Part shown: piece after piece, positions 1 through 12,964 of the stretch
Layout of the letters: the number at the start of each line of letters is the position of its first letter
How positions within the stretch are numbered: the stretch's first letter is position 1
Assembly: GCA_963514005.1 (NCBI GenBank)
Contig: OY740798.1
Span: 51,522,001 to 51,586,000 of the forward strand
Source: Raja brachyura
Lineage: Eukaryota
Length of the DNA: 64,000 nucleotides
Direction: 5' to 3'
Position numbers and translations under genes: made by a program
The notes under the pieces: model-generated
Seen by the model: only the letters and a program-made list of their open reading frames with translations
What the model was told of the DNA's origin: nothing
The model's database searches: none

Positions 1-856
1 CACGGTGACACCGGCATCATCGCCCCGCTGCCTTGACCGTCCCCGTCCACCACTAAGTGCCGCCGCCAAAGGGGGAGGCAGTTGGGATCTCTTCGCCACC
101 GCCTCCGCTCCCGAGGGCACACAGCGACCGCTATGAAGGCGGGCGAGGCCACTGTCGCCTCTACTGCTGCTGTGCGAGGCCCGACATTCGCTCCGACCCT
201 CAGTCACGCTGCACTAGAGTCTCTGCCGCCGCCGACCAAAGCGGGGGCCTGCAGCGGGGGCGTGGACCCGGCCGAAGCGGCGCCTGGTGTCGGGTCACGG
301 CCACTGCCAGCACTGTTCAGTCCTTCCCGCTTCCTGCCCGGCGATGGGAGAACGGTCTCCCCGGACCGCCCGCCCGCCAGCAGCGGACCCGCTCCATGGC
401 CGCCAGGTTGGCCAGAGAAGCGGGCAGTCCTATTTTCCCCAAATCATCCCGCTGGTCGGATTGGACCATTTAACACCCCCGATATAAAACAAACAGATTC
501 CCCTCCCGCAACACAACGCAATATTTCACGGTCCCACTCACCCAAACTAGGCCCGGGATGTCGAGGTGATGCATTGAAAATGGCGGCGTCTAATCCCGCC
601 CGCGCGGAGAGACAGATTCATTTTAGTCGCTACCGCATAACCAGCTTCCCCCAACTGTGCAGATCGCAAATATTTTTTTTCAAATCATCCCACGGGCCGG
701 AACCAGAATTTCCCGAATTTCCGGTAAATTGCTTTAAAGTGGAAACACTGATCGCGCTCCAATTTTAATTTTTGTTTCTTGGGATTTGTTTTTATTCGGT
801 AAAAAAAAGGGGGGGGTGCGACCGCACCCAACGCACACCCCCTTCGGACGGCCATG
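1..856. mobile_element. GC-rich putative non-autonomous DNA transposon fragment, truncated by window start
   Basis: 20-190 is clearly similar to 30870-31175, the interior of the TIR-bounded element at 28455-31426. It abuts a Gypsy integrase remnant. ORFs here are low-complexity. Confidence 0.45.
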
Positions 857-1762
857 GAAACATTTCCAGGGACGGGGTCCTGGGTTCACCAGCTCAACGC
901 CTGATGCCTCGTACAACACGACTTCAACTACTGGTTGCCCAGCGACAGCTGAAGCCACATGTGTTTAAAACAGCTGCGCAGAAGCGCATTCAGGAGAAGC
1001 ACAACATTCAGTAGCGCTCCTATGACAAGTCCAGCAAACCACTGAAGCTGCTATTGCAGGGTCCAGTAATCCGTATGCAGACTAATGTGGGACATATCCG
1101 TCTGGGTTTCGTTGTCGGCCCGTCTAAGGAACCCCGTTGCTACCTTGTCAATGCCGATGGTGTTCTGTACAGACCAAGCCGTCAGCATTTGGTGCTTGTG
1201 AACGAACCTCGACCACCTGCAGCTGATCCATATGCTCCACCCCTGCCGTTTAAACTCTCTGCTGCTCCTGCTACCACCACTCCCAGTGTGTGCTCTCTGC
1301 CTCAGTTAGTTACCCCATCTAACCACGTTAACACTCCCGTATGTTCACCCCACCAGTCGCCTCATGCATCCCCAGCTGCATTCTCCTTTTCGGAGTCCTT
1401 GCCCCCCTCCCCCACTAACTTTTCTAGTACGGAGGGAGAGGGGTTTGTCTGCACGTGTTCGGGTCGTATTAGTAGACCGCCTGATAGATACGGCGAGTAC
1501 GTTTAATTGTGTGTGTTTAACATTTGCCTAACAATCTTCTCTTTACGGGGAAGGATGTAGATTGGTTATTGCTTGTGAACCAATCATAGTAGATTAACAT
1601 CACTAACTCCACCTTACTGTACACTTTATATTAACACCTGTGTCCTACATGAAGTAGTCTTGGAAGCGGTAGTGGTGAACTAACAACCTACTGTACGCTC
1701 TACTATATGTTATGATTAAAGATGATTTAAACTTCAGACCGGTGTCTATTAAGTCATTTACA
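857..1762 (+). mobile_element. Gypsy-like LTR retrotransposon 3' end (integrase C-terminal remnant, PPT, 3' LTR)
   Basis: ORF 1054-1506 resembles a Gypsy pol tail (GFVVGPSKEPRCYLV...CSGRISRPPDRY). Purine tract ggggaagga is followed by a TG...CA segment at 1556-1762. Confidence 0.65.
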
Positions 1763-2433
1763 TCTGCTAAATGGCATGAGGGATGCAACGAAAAAAGTTG
1801 AGACTATGCAGAGACTACAAGAGGTGATCAAATGAGGCTGGCCAGAGAACAAGAAGGAATTGACCCAGAACTTATCTCCTATTTCCATGTGAGGGGCGAG
1901 CTGAATGTTGGAGATGACCTCATATTTAGAGGAGAGAGAGTAATCATCCCTAAAGCCAGGAGACGAGACATGATCACACGAGTACATGATTCCCACATTG
2001 GTGTGAATGGCTGTCTGAGAAGGGCAAGAGAACATCTGCACTGGCCTGGAATGAGTGTAGAAATCAAGGACTTTGTACAGAAATGTGAGACATGTCAAGC
2101 TCAAGGGAAAGAGCAACTGAAAGAAACACTGTATTCGCATTAAATTCCAGAGAGTCCATGGGTGAAGATGGGCGCAGATTTGTTCCACTTGGATGGAAGG
2201 AACTATTTGATCACTATGGACTACTTCTCAGGATATTGGGAAATAGACTATCTAGAGAAAATATTGGTATTTAATGTCATCCATAAAATCAAAGGCCAGC
2301 TCGCAAGATATGGAATAGCAGGTCAGCTCATCATAGAGAATGGGCCACAGTTCACAGCTGAGGAGTTCAAGAGATTTGCCGTGAAGTGGCAATTTGAACA
2401 TATGACCACATCACCCCATTATCCACAGAGTAA

Positions 2434-2986
2434 AGGCCCTGTCCTACAAGCATGCAACTCTATGCGATTAGCGCGACCTAACGTGGTCGCTTGAGCCGTC
2501 CGGCGTCGCGGGGCCAGTCCCACTTCGATTGCCGGAGCCGTGCGGAATTGTGCGGAGTTCGTCCCGACATCGCGCGGGGCTCCGAAATACTGACTATGTT
2601 CAAAAATTCCACACGGCAACGGCTTGTCAGCTCGCAGTCGCCTCGACGCATTACACACCGCCCCAACATCGTGCCTCCGTGACCCTCTATGTGTGTGGCT
2701 CCGTGGCTCTCTGTGTGTGTGCCTCTGTGCCCCTCTCTGTGTGCTCCTCTCTGTCCTGGCGAACTTACCTTAGACTTCGCTCCAAGTTCGCCTCACTTTG
2801 CGCCGCGTTGCGCCACTCACCCGACCTCCGCGCAGCCCTCGCTGTCGGTTTGGTCGCGCTTGCCGCATGCAGGCGCATGCTGGTGGGAACGGCCCCGTAC
2901 AGGGGATCACCCGACCTCCGCGCGGCCCCCGCTTCTAGTTTGATCGCGTTCATCGCATAGAGTTGCATGCTTGTAGGACAGGCCCT
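2434..2986. mobile_element. PIF/Harbinger-type MITE
   Basis: About 35-bp TIRs (aggccctgtcctacaagcatgcaactctatgcgat / atcgcatagagttgcatgcttgtaggacaggccct). TAA duplicated at 2431-2433 and 2987-2989. It splits the integrase PQS|NGKAE motif. Confidence 0.85.
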
Positions 2987-3256
2987 TAATGAAAGGCGGA
3001 GAGCAGTGGGAAAGTTGCGAAGTCATTGCTGAGGAAGGCTAAGGCTGCAGGAGCTGACCCTGAGCCTACTGGCTTTTCGCAACACACCAACACCTGGCAT
3101 GAGTAGCAGTCCAGTACAAAGACTGATGAACAGATGTACCAGGACCATTCTACCAACTACTCAGAGGCTGCTCAAACCTGAAATGAAGAAAAAGGTAGGA
3201 GCTGAGTTGAGAGCAGCTAGAGACAGACAAGCAGACTGCTACAACAGCGGATCCTT

Positions 3257-3765
3257 AGTTGCTATTTCTTGCTATTGAGGGAGTGCAGCGTAGGTTTCCA
3301 AGGTTAATTCCCGGGATGGCGGGACTGTCATATGCTGAGAGAATGGAGCAGCTGGGCTTGTACACTCTGGAATTTAGAAGGATGAGAGGGCATCTTATTG
3401 AAGCATATAAGATTGTTAAGGGCTTGGACACACTAGAGGCAGGAAACATGTTCCCAATGTTGGTGGAGTCCAGAACCAGGGGCCACAGTTTAAGAATAAG
3501 GAGTAAGCCATTCAGAACGGAGACGAGGAAACACTTTTTCTCACAGAGAGTGGTGAGTCTGTGGAATTCTCTGCCTCAGAGGGCGGTGGAGGCAGGTTCT
3601 CTGGATGCTTTCAAGAAATAGCTAGATAGGGCTCGTAAAGATAGCGGAGTCAGGGGATATGGGGAGAAGGCAGGAACGGGTACTGATTGGGGATGATCAG
3701 CCATGATCACATTGAATGGTGGTGATGGCTCGAAGGCCTGATCCTGCACCTATTGTCTATTGTCA
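3257..3765 (+). mobile_element. CR1 LINE 3' fragment inside the Gypsy remnant
   Basis: CR1 ORF2 C-terminus (EGVQRRF..LIPGM..RTRGHSL..FFSQRVV.LWNSLP) and a (ctattgt)n tail. Confidence 0.9.
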
Positions 3766-4692
3766 ATTGATCCCAAGATCTGATTCCCCTGAAAGCTGAT
3801 GATCCAGTTTGAGTGAAGCCGACTGGTGACCGACATCAGCCCTGGAGGAAGGCTGTGGATGTAGGCCGTGTGGCACAACCCAGATCGTATGAAGTCAGGA
3901 CCGAGGACGGCGTCATCTATTGTTGGAATCGGCACCATCTGAGGAAGACCAACGAGCCGTTTCATCGTGCTGTTGACCTGGATGACCTGGTGACGTCGCC
4001 TGAACCAGAGCGACACAATCGACATGTGAGCCGACCACCGGTCCCCAGGGAGCATCAAACCCTGACAACAAGATCTGGTAGATGTGTTCAAAAACCACGC
4101 TATCTGCAGGATTATGTGGCCAAATAAGGATAGGGCCTGTACTTGTAGTTGATTATAGATTTAAAAGGCTATTAGGTTATGTTGAAAAAGTTAATGTCAT
4201 ATTGTTCTTTTATAGTTTGATATGCATAGTTTATGTAGAAGTCGTGGTAATGGCCATTTTAAAACTAAATAAGTAAATAAATTTACAAATAAAAAGGGGA
4301 AAGGAAATGAGAAACCAGACATGTGTTGTTCAAAGTTTAGATAATTCCGAGCACTGAACTGCCGCAGATCCAAGGAAGGAGAATTTGGAAGCTACCACGG
4401 AAATGGACTGTCAAATGCATGTTGGAAAATGGACTGTCGGACACGTGTTGGACTCAGTTTATTGCTATACATGTAAAGTGTCTGTACATATGTGTTTTGT
4501 AAACAAAGGGGGATGTTATGGGAATAGCGCCATCGGTGATGCAGTACCCATGATGCAATACCCACGCGCTGCAGCCAAGATGGACCCTGAATACAAATGG
4601 CTGAACGCAAGGCTCGAGTGTAAAGCCTCTGTTAATTAGTTGTGAAGCTGTAATGGAGCAGTTTACAGCAAGGAAACACAATATTAAAACAT

Positions 4693-5264
4693 ACTCCTCC
4701 CTCCCTCCCCTCGCCTCTCCCCCCTCCTCTCACTCCCCCTATCTGCCCCCTCCACTCTACCTCCCTCCACTCCCCCTACTCCCCCACCTCTCCCCCCTCC
4801 TCTTCTCTCCCCCCTCCCTCCTCCCCCCTCCCCTCTACCATACTCTTCGCCCCCTCCTCTCTCTCCCTCCCCCCCACCCTCTGGCACCCTCCTCCCCCCT
4901 CCTCTCCCCCCTCCTGTCCCATCTACTCTACCCCCTGCCCCTACCCCCTCTCTCCCCTCTCCCCCTCCCCCCTCTACTGTATTCCCCCTCTCTCCCCTCC
5001 TCTCTCTCCCCCTCCTCTCTCCCCCTCACCTCTCCCTCTCTACTGTCTCCCCCCTATCTCCTCCCCCTTTCTCCCCCCCTTTCTCCCCCCTCCTCCCCTT
5101 CCTCTCTTCCCCTCTACTCTCTCTCCACCTCCCCTCCCCTCCCCCTCTAACCCCCTCCCCCTCCCCCTCCACCCCCTCTCCCCAGTCCTCGCTCTCTTCC
5201 CATCTCTTCCCCTTTCCTCCCCCTCCCCCTCCCCCCCACCTCTTGCCCCTCTCTCCTCCCCCTT
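4693..5264. repeat. C/T-rich low-complexity polypyrimidine tract
   Basis: About 570 bp made almost entirely of C and T. Confidence 0.95.
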
Positions 5265-5368
5265 GATATTGTCCAGAAAGCTGGAATTGGTCAGTGTATT
5301 TTTATACTTTTTAACCTGGCACCTGGTCAGCTTGTTTCCTGCCTAATTGTCTTGTTTATGTTGTTCAG

Positions 5369-5446
5369 GACAGGTAAATACAACGGACGTTGAAGACCCA
5401 AACCGTACACCACTTATCGCCAAGACGGGCTCACAAACTGCACCAG
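5369..5446 (+). CDS. Putative small phase-1 exon of the upstream paralogue (gene A): xQVNTTDVEDPNRTPLIAKTGSQTAP
   Basis: Acceptor ttgttcag, donor CAG|gtaatt. It is 78 nt, open, phase 1-1, and compatible with the exon at 6426. The sequence is non-repeat. Confidence 0.6.
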
Positions 5447-5481
5447 GTAATTGATTATAGTGGTTAATTAAAATGTATCAA

Positions 5482-5960
5482 TTAATTAAAACCACCCACT
5501 TTTGTATCATCAGCAAACTTACTAACCTTGTCATGTAAGTTCTCATTCAAATCATTGATATAGATGACAAACAGTAACGGGCCCAGCACCGAACTCTGAG
5601 GCCCACCACTAGTCACAGGCCTCCAGTCTGAGGAGCAACCTTCCTCCATCACCCTCTTGCTTCCTTCCATTAAGCCAATTTTCTATCTATTCAGCTATCT
5701 CTCCTTTCCCTCAGAATACTCTCCAGTAACTTTCCAACTACAGATATTAAGCTCACTGGCCTATAGTTCCCAGCATTTTCCCTGTAGCCCGTCTCGAATA
5801 GAGGCACAACATTTGCCGCCCTCCAGTCTTCTGGCACCTCACCTGTATTTAAAGACGATTCATAAATTTCAACCAGGGCTCCCGCAATTTCCTCCCTAGT
5901 CCTCCACAAATATCTTCGGATATATCTGATCAGGCCATGGAGATTTGTCTACCTTTATAC
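5482..5960 (-). mobile_element. CR1 RT fragments
   Basis: GNYRPVSL and SGGPQSSVLGPLLFVIYINDL...SKFADDTK motifs on the minus strand. Confidence 0.85.
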
Positions 5961-6425
5961 ACAATACATTTTGCCCATCAAGTCTACTCCACCTTTCAAT
6001 CATGGCTGGTCTATCTTTCACTCTCAACTCCATTCTCCTGCCTTCTCCCCATAACCCTTGACACTCTGTTCTCTGGTTTTCCTCCCAGATCCCAAAATCT
6101 GCGGGTTGTAGGTTAATTGGCCCTCTATAAATTGCCCCTAGTGTGTCGGGAGTGGATGAGAAAGTGGGATAAGATAGTACAGTGTGAACGGGTGATCAAT
6201 GGCTTCTGTAAATAGCCCTCTAGTGTTCAGGATAGGACTAGTGTACGGAGTGATCACTGGTTGACACGGACTCAAGTAATCAGTGGGTCAAAGGGAGCTG
6301 TACCTCTAAACTAAACTAAATTAAATTAAATAAGTTTGTATATTATGATCAGGGAATAATACACAGTAGTAAAATGGAACATTTTGTTTACATTGCATTT
6401 GATTTTTTTTGTGTCTATCTTTCAG

Positions 6426-6868
6426 CTCCTGCAATTAGTGGTATGAAGAATCAGGATGAAGTCGTACATGGTGAAACTGCTGATGTGAGCTGGGATGTGA
6501 CCATGACTACTCTGCTGCCAATGGATATTGTTATATCACTGAAGAGGGGAGAGCGGAAAACAATTAAATTATTTCACTGGCAGTTGTCGGCAGAACAATT
6601 GCAGGGTCCAAAAAGGGTGACACAACCTCTGAAAACTATACCTCATTCATGCAATCAAGATACCTGTATATCCTTCTCTGCTGATCAGCCTGAATTACAA
6701 ACTACCGATAAGGGTCTTTCACACATTCACTGCTGTATTAAGGTGCAGCCTAATTTATCCACGGACGATGCCGCTCAGATCAATATTGAACACAAATCAA
6801 ACACTCCAGACGCCACTTGTTCTGAAGTGCACACTACAGTCCTTAAAGTTGCCTCATGTAATATCTAA
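6426..6868 (+). CDS. Terminal exon of the upstream paralogue (gene A): disulfide-less C1-type Ig domain
   Basis: T-rich acceptor ...tatctttcag, phase 1. APAISG...VSWDVT...DIVISLKRG...W...IKVQPNLSTDDAAQINIEHKS aligns with the exon at 43645. Ends at TAA 6866-6868. Confidence 0.72.
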
Positions 6869-7239
6869 TAATGCCTTGTACATTCTCATCTAAATCATTG
6901 ATATAGATAACAAACAGCAATGGGCCAAGCACCGATCTGTGAGGCACATCACTAAACAGAGTCTAGTCCAAAGAAACAACATTTCACCATCAGATCCCAA
7001 CCAAACTCAATGTTGTCCAGAGATGCTGCCTGACCCGCTGAGTTACTCCAGCACATTGTGTCCATGTTTTTGTAAACCAGCATCGACAGTCCCCAGTATC
7101 TTCCACCGTCACCCTCTGCTTCAACCATGATTGAATAGTGGAGTAGACTGATGGGCTGAATGGCCTGATTCTGCTCCTAGAACTTATGAATTTCTCAGGC
7201 CAATTCGGCATCCTATACTATTCCTATTCTCTTTACCCC

Positions 7240-9425
7240 TTAATAGACAATAGACAATAGGTGCGGGAGTAGGCCATTAGGCCCTACGAGCCAGCACCGC
7301 CATTCACTGTGATCATGGCTGATCATCCACAATCGGTATCCCGTTCCTGCCTTCTTCCCATATCCCTTGACTCCGCCATCTTTAAGAGCTCTATCCAACT
7401 CTCTCTTGAAAGCATCCAGAGAATAGGCCTCCACTGCCTTCTGAGGCGGAGAATTACACAGACTCATGACTCTCTGGGTGAAAAGGTTTTTGCTCATCTC
7501 CGTTCTAAATGGCTTACCCCTTATTCTTAAACTTTGGCCCCTGGATCTGGACTCCCCCAACATCTGGAACATGTTTCCTGCCTCTAGTGTGTCCAAACCC
7601 TGAATAATCTTATATGTTTCAATAAGATCCCCTCTCATCCATCTAAATTCCAGAGTATACAAGCCCAGCCGCTCCATTCTATCATTATCCTGGGAATGAA
7701 CCTGGTGAACCTATGCTCACTAGCAAGAATGTACTTCCTCAAATTGGGAGACCAAATCAGTACACATTACCGCAGGTGTGGTCTCACTAGGGCTCTGTCC
7801 AACTGCAGAATGACCTCTTTGCTCCTTAATTCTACACCTCTTGTTATGAAGCCCAACGTGCCATTAACTTTCTTCACTGCCTGCTGTACCTGCATGCTTT
7901 CTTTGAGTGACTGATGTACAAGGACAACCAGGTCTCATTGTAGTTCCCCTTTTCCTAACTCAAGATTCAAGAACTTTATTTGTCACATACACATACAGGA
8001 TGAACAGTGAATTGAACGTGGCAATGCTTACGGGATTGTGCAAAACAACAGAACCAGTATTTACAATAAAACAAGAAACAACAATATTTACAATAAAAAT
8101 AAAACACTATTGCAGTAGAAGTGGATATAAATAAAAATAAATAAGTATGTGTATCCATTATAAGTATCTACGTGTGTGTGCATGAGATGGGAAGTATGTG
8201 GGGCATGGCGGGACCCTGGTGGGATCAGTGTTTACAGTCCTGATGGCCTGTGGGTCGAAACTCGGTCTCAGTCTCTCTGTTTTTGCTGCGTGACAGTGGA
8301 GGCACTTGCCTGGCCGCAGCAGCTGGAACCCCCGTTGTTGTGGTGGTCCTTCGTCATCCCCCAGACTCTGGTTCTGCACCTCCTGGTGCATAGGTCCTGC
8401 AGGGCGGGGCGTGTAGTTCCGCAGTTCCGTGGTGCGTACTAGTCGAACGCACTGCTCTGCAGAGCCTTCCAGTCCTCAGCCCTCCTGTCCTGGGTAACTT
8501 GACACCATTCAGATAATAATCTGCCTTCCTCTTCTTGCCACCAAAGTGGATATCCTCACATTTATCCAAATTAAACTGCATCTGCCATGCATCTGCCCAC
8601 TTACCCAACCTGTCCAAGTCACCCTGCATCTTCATAGCATCCTCCTCACAGTTCACACTGCCACCCAGCTTTGTGTCATCTGCAAATACGCTAATGTTAC
8701 TTTTAATCCCTTCATCTAAATCATTAATGTATTTTGTAAATAGCTGCGGTCCCAGCACTGAGCCTTGCGTTACCCCACTAGTCACTGCCTGCCATTCTGA
8801 AAGGGACCCGTTAATCCCTACTCTTTGTTCCCTGTCTGCCAACCAATTTTCTGTCCATGTCAGTACCCTACTCCCAATAACATGTGTTCTAATTTTGCCC
8901 CCTAATCAAAGGTTTTCCTAAAGTCCAGATACACTACATCCACTGGCTCTCCCTGGTCAATTTTCCTAGTTACATCCTCAAAAAATTTCAGAAGATTAGT
9001 CAAGCATGATTTCCCCTTCATGAATCCATGCTGATTCAGACCGATTCTGTTACAGTTATCCAAATGTGCCACTATTTCATCTATTATAATTGACTCCAGC
9101 ATTTTCCCCACCACCAATGCTAGGCAAACTGGTCTATGTCCCTGTTTTCCCTCTCCCTCCTATCTTAAAAAGTGGGATAACGTTAGCTTCCCTCCAATCC
9201 ACTGGAACTGATCCTGAATCTGTAGAACATTGGAAAATGATCACCAATATGTCCATGATTTCTAGAGCCACATCCTTAAGTACCCTGGGATGCAGACTAC
9301 CAGGCCCTGGGGATTTATCAGCTACCAGTCCCATCAGTCTATCCAACACCATTTTCTGCCTAATGTGAATTTCCTACAGTTCCTCCGTCACCCTAGGTCC
9401 TCTGGCCACTCGTACATCAGGGAGA
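7240..9425 (-). mobile_element. Fragmented CR1 LINE with an internal unrelated LINE-type fragment (~7960-8490)
   Basis: KSPGP..LHPRVLK, QHGFMKGKSCLTNL, SGVTQGSVLGP, FADDTK and the CR1 3' tail on the minus strand. Confidence 0.9.
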
Positions 9426-10224
9426 TTGCCCCACACATCTCCTTTAACTTTGCTGTTCTCAACTTAAAGCTCTACCCTCTTTGTCTTTGACATGATTCAT
9501 ATCTAGTTATTCAATGCAATATTATATACAATACTCAGTTACCCCAACTCCCCGCGAGAAGTAGAATACAGAACAGTACAGTACAGGAGCTGGCCTGTGC
9601 CATGATGCCAAGACCATCACATAGCTACCTGCACATAACCCATATCCCTCTATTCCCTGCATATCCATGTGCCTATCCACAAGCCACTTAAATGCCACTA
9701 TCGTATCTGCCTCCATAACTACCCCTGGTAACCCGTTCCAGTCACCCACCACCCACTGTGTATATAACCTGCCCAGCACATCTCCTTTAAACTTTGCCCC
9801 TTTCACCTTAAACCCATGCCCTCTAGTAGATTTTTCCATCCTTGGAAAAAGATTCTGACTTTCTATACCTCTCTTAATTTTAGATATTCTATCAGGAAAA
9901 AAATCTAAAATATGGGGTTGAATTTTCTTTGGAACTTTAGTATTTAATTTTTTCATCCTGGGCAAAAGGTTTTAACTGTCTACACTATTTAGAACTCCTA
10001 TCTCTGGCTCTGATCATTTTCTATCCTTCTACCAGGACAATTCACAAGATGTCAGATTTTCTGTGTGCAACTCCACACATTCAAATTGAGTTGTTGCTCT
10101 TCGTGTGCTCTAATCTGTCAAATCATTTTTTCTAACTGCAAGTACAGATCTTTTACATCTTTTTTAGAACTATATTGTATCTTCTTTTTTGCTCCACCTA
10201 TTGTGCTTGAGTTTGATTGTATTT

Positions 10225-10500
10225 TTAGTTTTAGTTTTAGAGAAACAGGCCCTTCGGCCCACCGAGTCCTCGCCGACCAGCGATCCCCACACATTAACAT
10301 TACCTACACACTAGGGACAATTTCAACTTATACCAAGCCAATTAACCTCCAAGCCTGTATATCTTTGGAGTGTGGGAGGAAACCGAAGATCTCAGATAAA
10401 ACCCACGCTGTCACGGGGAGAATGTACAAACTCCGGACAGACAGCGCCCGTAGTCAGCATCGAACCCGGGTCTCTGGCGCTGCATGTACTGTAAGGCACC
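10225..10500 (-). mobile_element. tRNA-derived SINE with CR1-like tail (HE1-like)
   Basis: B-box-like cccgggttcgat on the minus strand. Body shared with copies at 39202, 41400, 42930 and 59137. Confidence 0.7.
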
Positions 10501-10819
10501 TGATCTGGAAGGATTGCCTGCAAAACAAAGCTTTCACTGTCTTAGTACATGTGACAATAATAAACCTGACCCTAAACCATGTGGTTTTACTGTAGTAAGA
10601 TCTTCTGCCATGAGACACAAGCGCACTTGCTGAATTGTTTCAATCTATATTCTCTGGGTTGACAGAGAGACATTTTGTCCAGTGTGAATAGCCCAGAATT
10701 GTTCATTCGGAAGTCTAGTAAATATTTGTAGCAGGGACGGGATCAGAGGGAATTTGATGTCTAGAGTGATGTATATAACTAAATAACAGTTGTACGTAAC
10801 TTTTGCAACAGCAACATCA

Positions 10820-12557
10820 CCCACTTTAAACTAAATAGTGGAGGGGTGGGGTCAGCAAATTGGAAATGTGAGGGTGGAGTTAAAGAGACAGACAGTGCAG
10901 GAAATGGTGCAGAAGATCCAAAATTAATGGGACGCAAAGTTCAAGAAGGGGTAAGAGAGTACGGTAGGGTAAAATCGGGACTGGTGTGAGAAGGGAGGTG
11001 AAGGGAGGTGAATGCCGAAATAAAGGTCTTGTATTTGAATCCATCGTAGTATAAGAAACAAAGTGGAAGAGCTTGTAGCATAGATGGAGCTTGTAGCACA
11101 GTTGGAGATTGGTAGGTATGATGCTGTGGCAATTACAGGGACGCGGCTACAAGAGGATCGGAGCTGGGAGCTGAATATTCAAGGTTATACGTTCTATCGG
11201 AATGACAAGAAGATACGAAAATAGGTGGAGGGGCAGGTAGTGTAGAGAAAGCAGGGATGCTGCAGAAGGACTTCAACAGGTTGGGAGAATGGGCAGAGAA
11301 GTGGCAGGTGGAATATAGTGTGGCAAATTGTGGAGTCATGCATTTTGGTTGTAGGAATAAAGGCGTAGACTATTTTCTGAAAGGGGAGAGAATCCAGAAA
11401 CCTGCAGTGCAAACAGACTTGGGAGTGCTGGTGCAGAATTCCCAAAAGGTTAATCTGCAAATCCAATGCTAGCATTCATTTCAAAATCTACAGGGATGTA
11501 ATGTTGAGGCTCTGATGTGGCTGCATTAGGAATATTGAGAGCAATTTTGGGCACCATATCTGAGGAAGGATGTGCTGGCTCTGGAGAGGGTCATAGTCAT
11601 AGAGTCATAGAGTGATACAGTGTGGAAACAGGCCCTTCGGCCCAACTTGTCCGCACCGGCCAACATGTCCCAGCTACGCTAATCTCACCTGCCTGCGCTT
11701 GGTCCATATCCCTCCAAAACGGGTCCCATTCATGTACCTGTACCATTCATGTGTCTAACTGTTTCTTAAACATCGGGATAGTCCAAGGCTCAACTTTCTC
11801 ATCTGGCAGCTTGTTCCATACATCCACCACCCTTTGTGTGAAAATGTTACCCCTCAGATTCCTATTAAATCGTTTCTCCTTCACCTTGAACCTATGTCCT
11901 CTGGTCCTCGATTCCCCTACTCTGGGCAAGAGACTCTGTGCGTCTACCCGATCTATTCTTCTCATGATCTTATACACCTCTTTAAGATCATGCCTCATCC
12001 TCCTGTGCTCCAAGGAATAGAGATCCAGCCTATTCAACCTCTCCCTATAACTCGCACCCTCTAGTCCTGGCAACATCCTCGTAAACCTCCTCGGGTCTAG
12101 AGATCTCAGGAATGAGTAGGTTAACCTATGATAAACGTGTGTCGACACTAGGCCTGTACTCGTTGGAGTTTAGAAGAATGAGGAGGGACATCTCTGAAAC
12201 ACACAGAATAGTGAAAGGCTTGGATAGAGTGGATGTGGAGAAGATGTTTCCACTAGTGGGAGAGCCTTGGACTAGAGATCATAGCCTCAGAATTAAAGAA
12301 CGTGCTTTTCAGAACGAGATGAAGAGAAATGTCTTTAGTCAGAGGGTGGTGAATCTGTGGAATTCATTCCCACGGACGGCTATGGAGGCCAAGTCAGTGG
12401 ATATTTTTAATGCAGAGATAGATAGATTCTTGATTATTACGGGTGTCGGAGGTTATGGGGAGAAGGCATGAGAATGGGGTTAGGGAGAGATGAATCAGCC
12501 ATGATTGGCGGAGTAGACTTCATGGGCCGAATGGCCTAATTCTATTCCTATTCCTTA
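10820..12557. mobile_element. Cluster of CR1 fragments in both orientations
   Basis: CR1 endonuclease-start, RT and 3'-end peptides (ORFs 11257+, 11747-, 12112+). Confidence 0.85.
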
Positions 12558-12727
12558 TGCAGATTTTTAGTCCGGTTAAGGCTTCTCTTTTGTGCTCTTA
12601 AAATATTGGTGGGGAACTAGAAAAGTTTGAGATCTGTGATCCAGCTTCTCGGAATGTGTTGGGGTACCTTATCTCAGGCAGTGTTGGCATCATTACATGT
12701 GAGACTCCTTCTTGTGTTTTAATACAG

Positions 12728-12817
12728 AGCTGGATTCAGATGTCACCACAGGAAGTCCTGATGAGGGTGAAAGGCAAGCAAGGAAACTGGAAAATCAAAA
12801 CGCAGTAAAACGGGAAG
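12728..12817 (+). pseudogene. Decayed small exon (xLDSDVTTGSPDEGERQARKLENQNAVKRE) with mutated donor
   Basis: Acceptor cttcttgtgttttaatacag and a 90-nt open phase-1 frame. It is followed by ataatg where the homologues at 15220 and 54393 have gtaatg. Confidence 0.6.
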
Positions 12818-12964
12818 ATAATGTTTTTGCTGAAACATAGAACATAGAACAGTACAGCACAGGAACATGCCCTTCAATGTCTATGCTGAACATGATGCCA
12901 AGGTCATCACTTATCTACCCACACATAACCCATATCCCTCACTCTGTGCATCTACCCGATCTAT

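Larger units (their letters stand above)
1763..4692 (+). mobile_element. Second degenerate Gypsy-like element (integrase, PPT, partial 3' LTR), interrupted by a MITE and a CR1
   Basis: HHCC zinc finger HDSHIGVNGCLRRAREHLHWPGM...CETCQ; integrase core GADLF...DYFS...ENGPQF...SPHYPQS; C-terminus PRSYEV...TRSGR...YLQDY. PPT aaaggggga precedes TGTT at 4514. Stops and frameshifts are present. Confidence 0.85.

Noticed and set aside
57-768. Overlapping GC-rich ORFs (also 30407-31319)
   Set aside because: Stop-poor GC-rich repeat interior with no recognisable domain.
4653-5150. 165-aa Pro/Leu/Ser ORF
   Set aside because: Translation of a C/T low-complexity tract.
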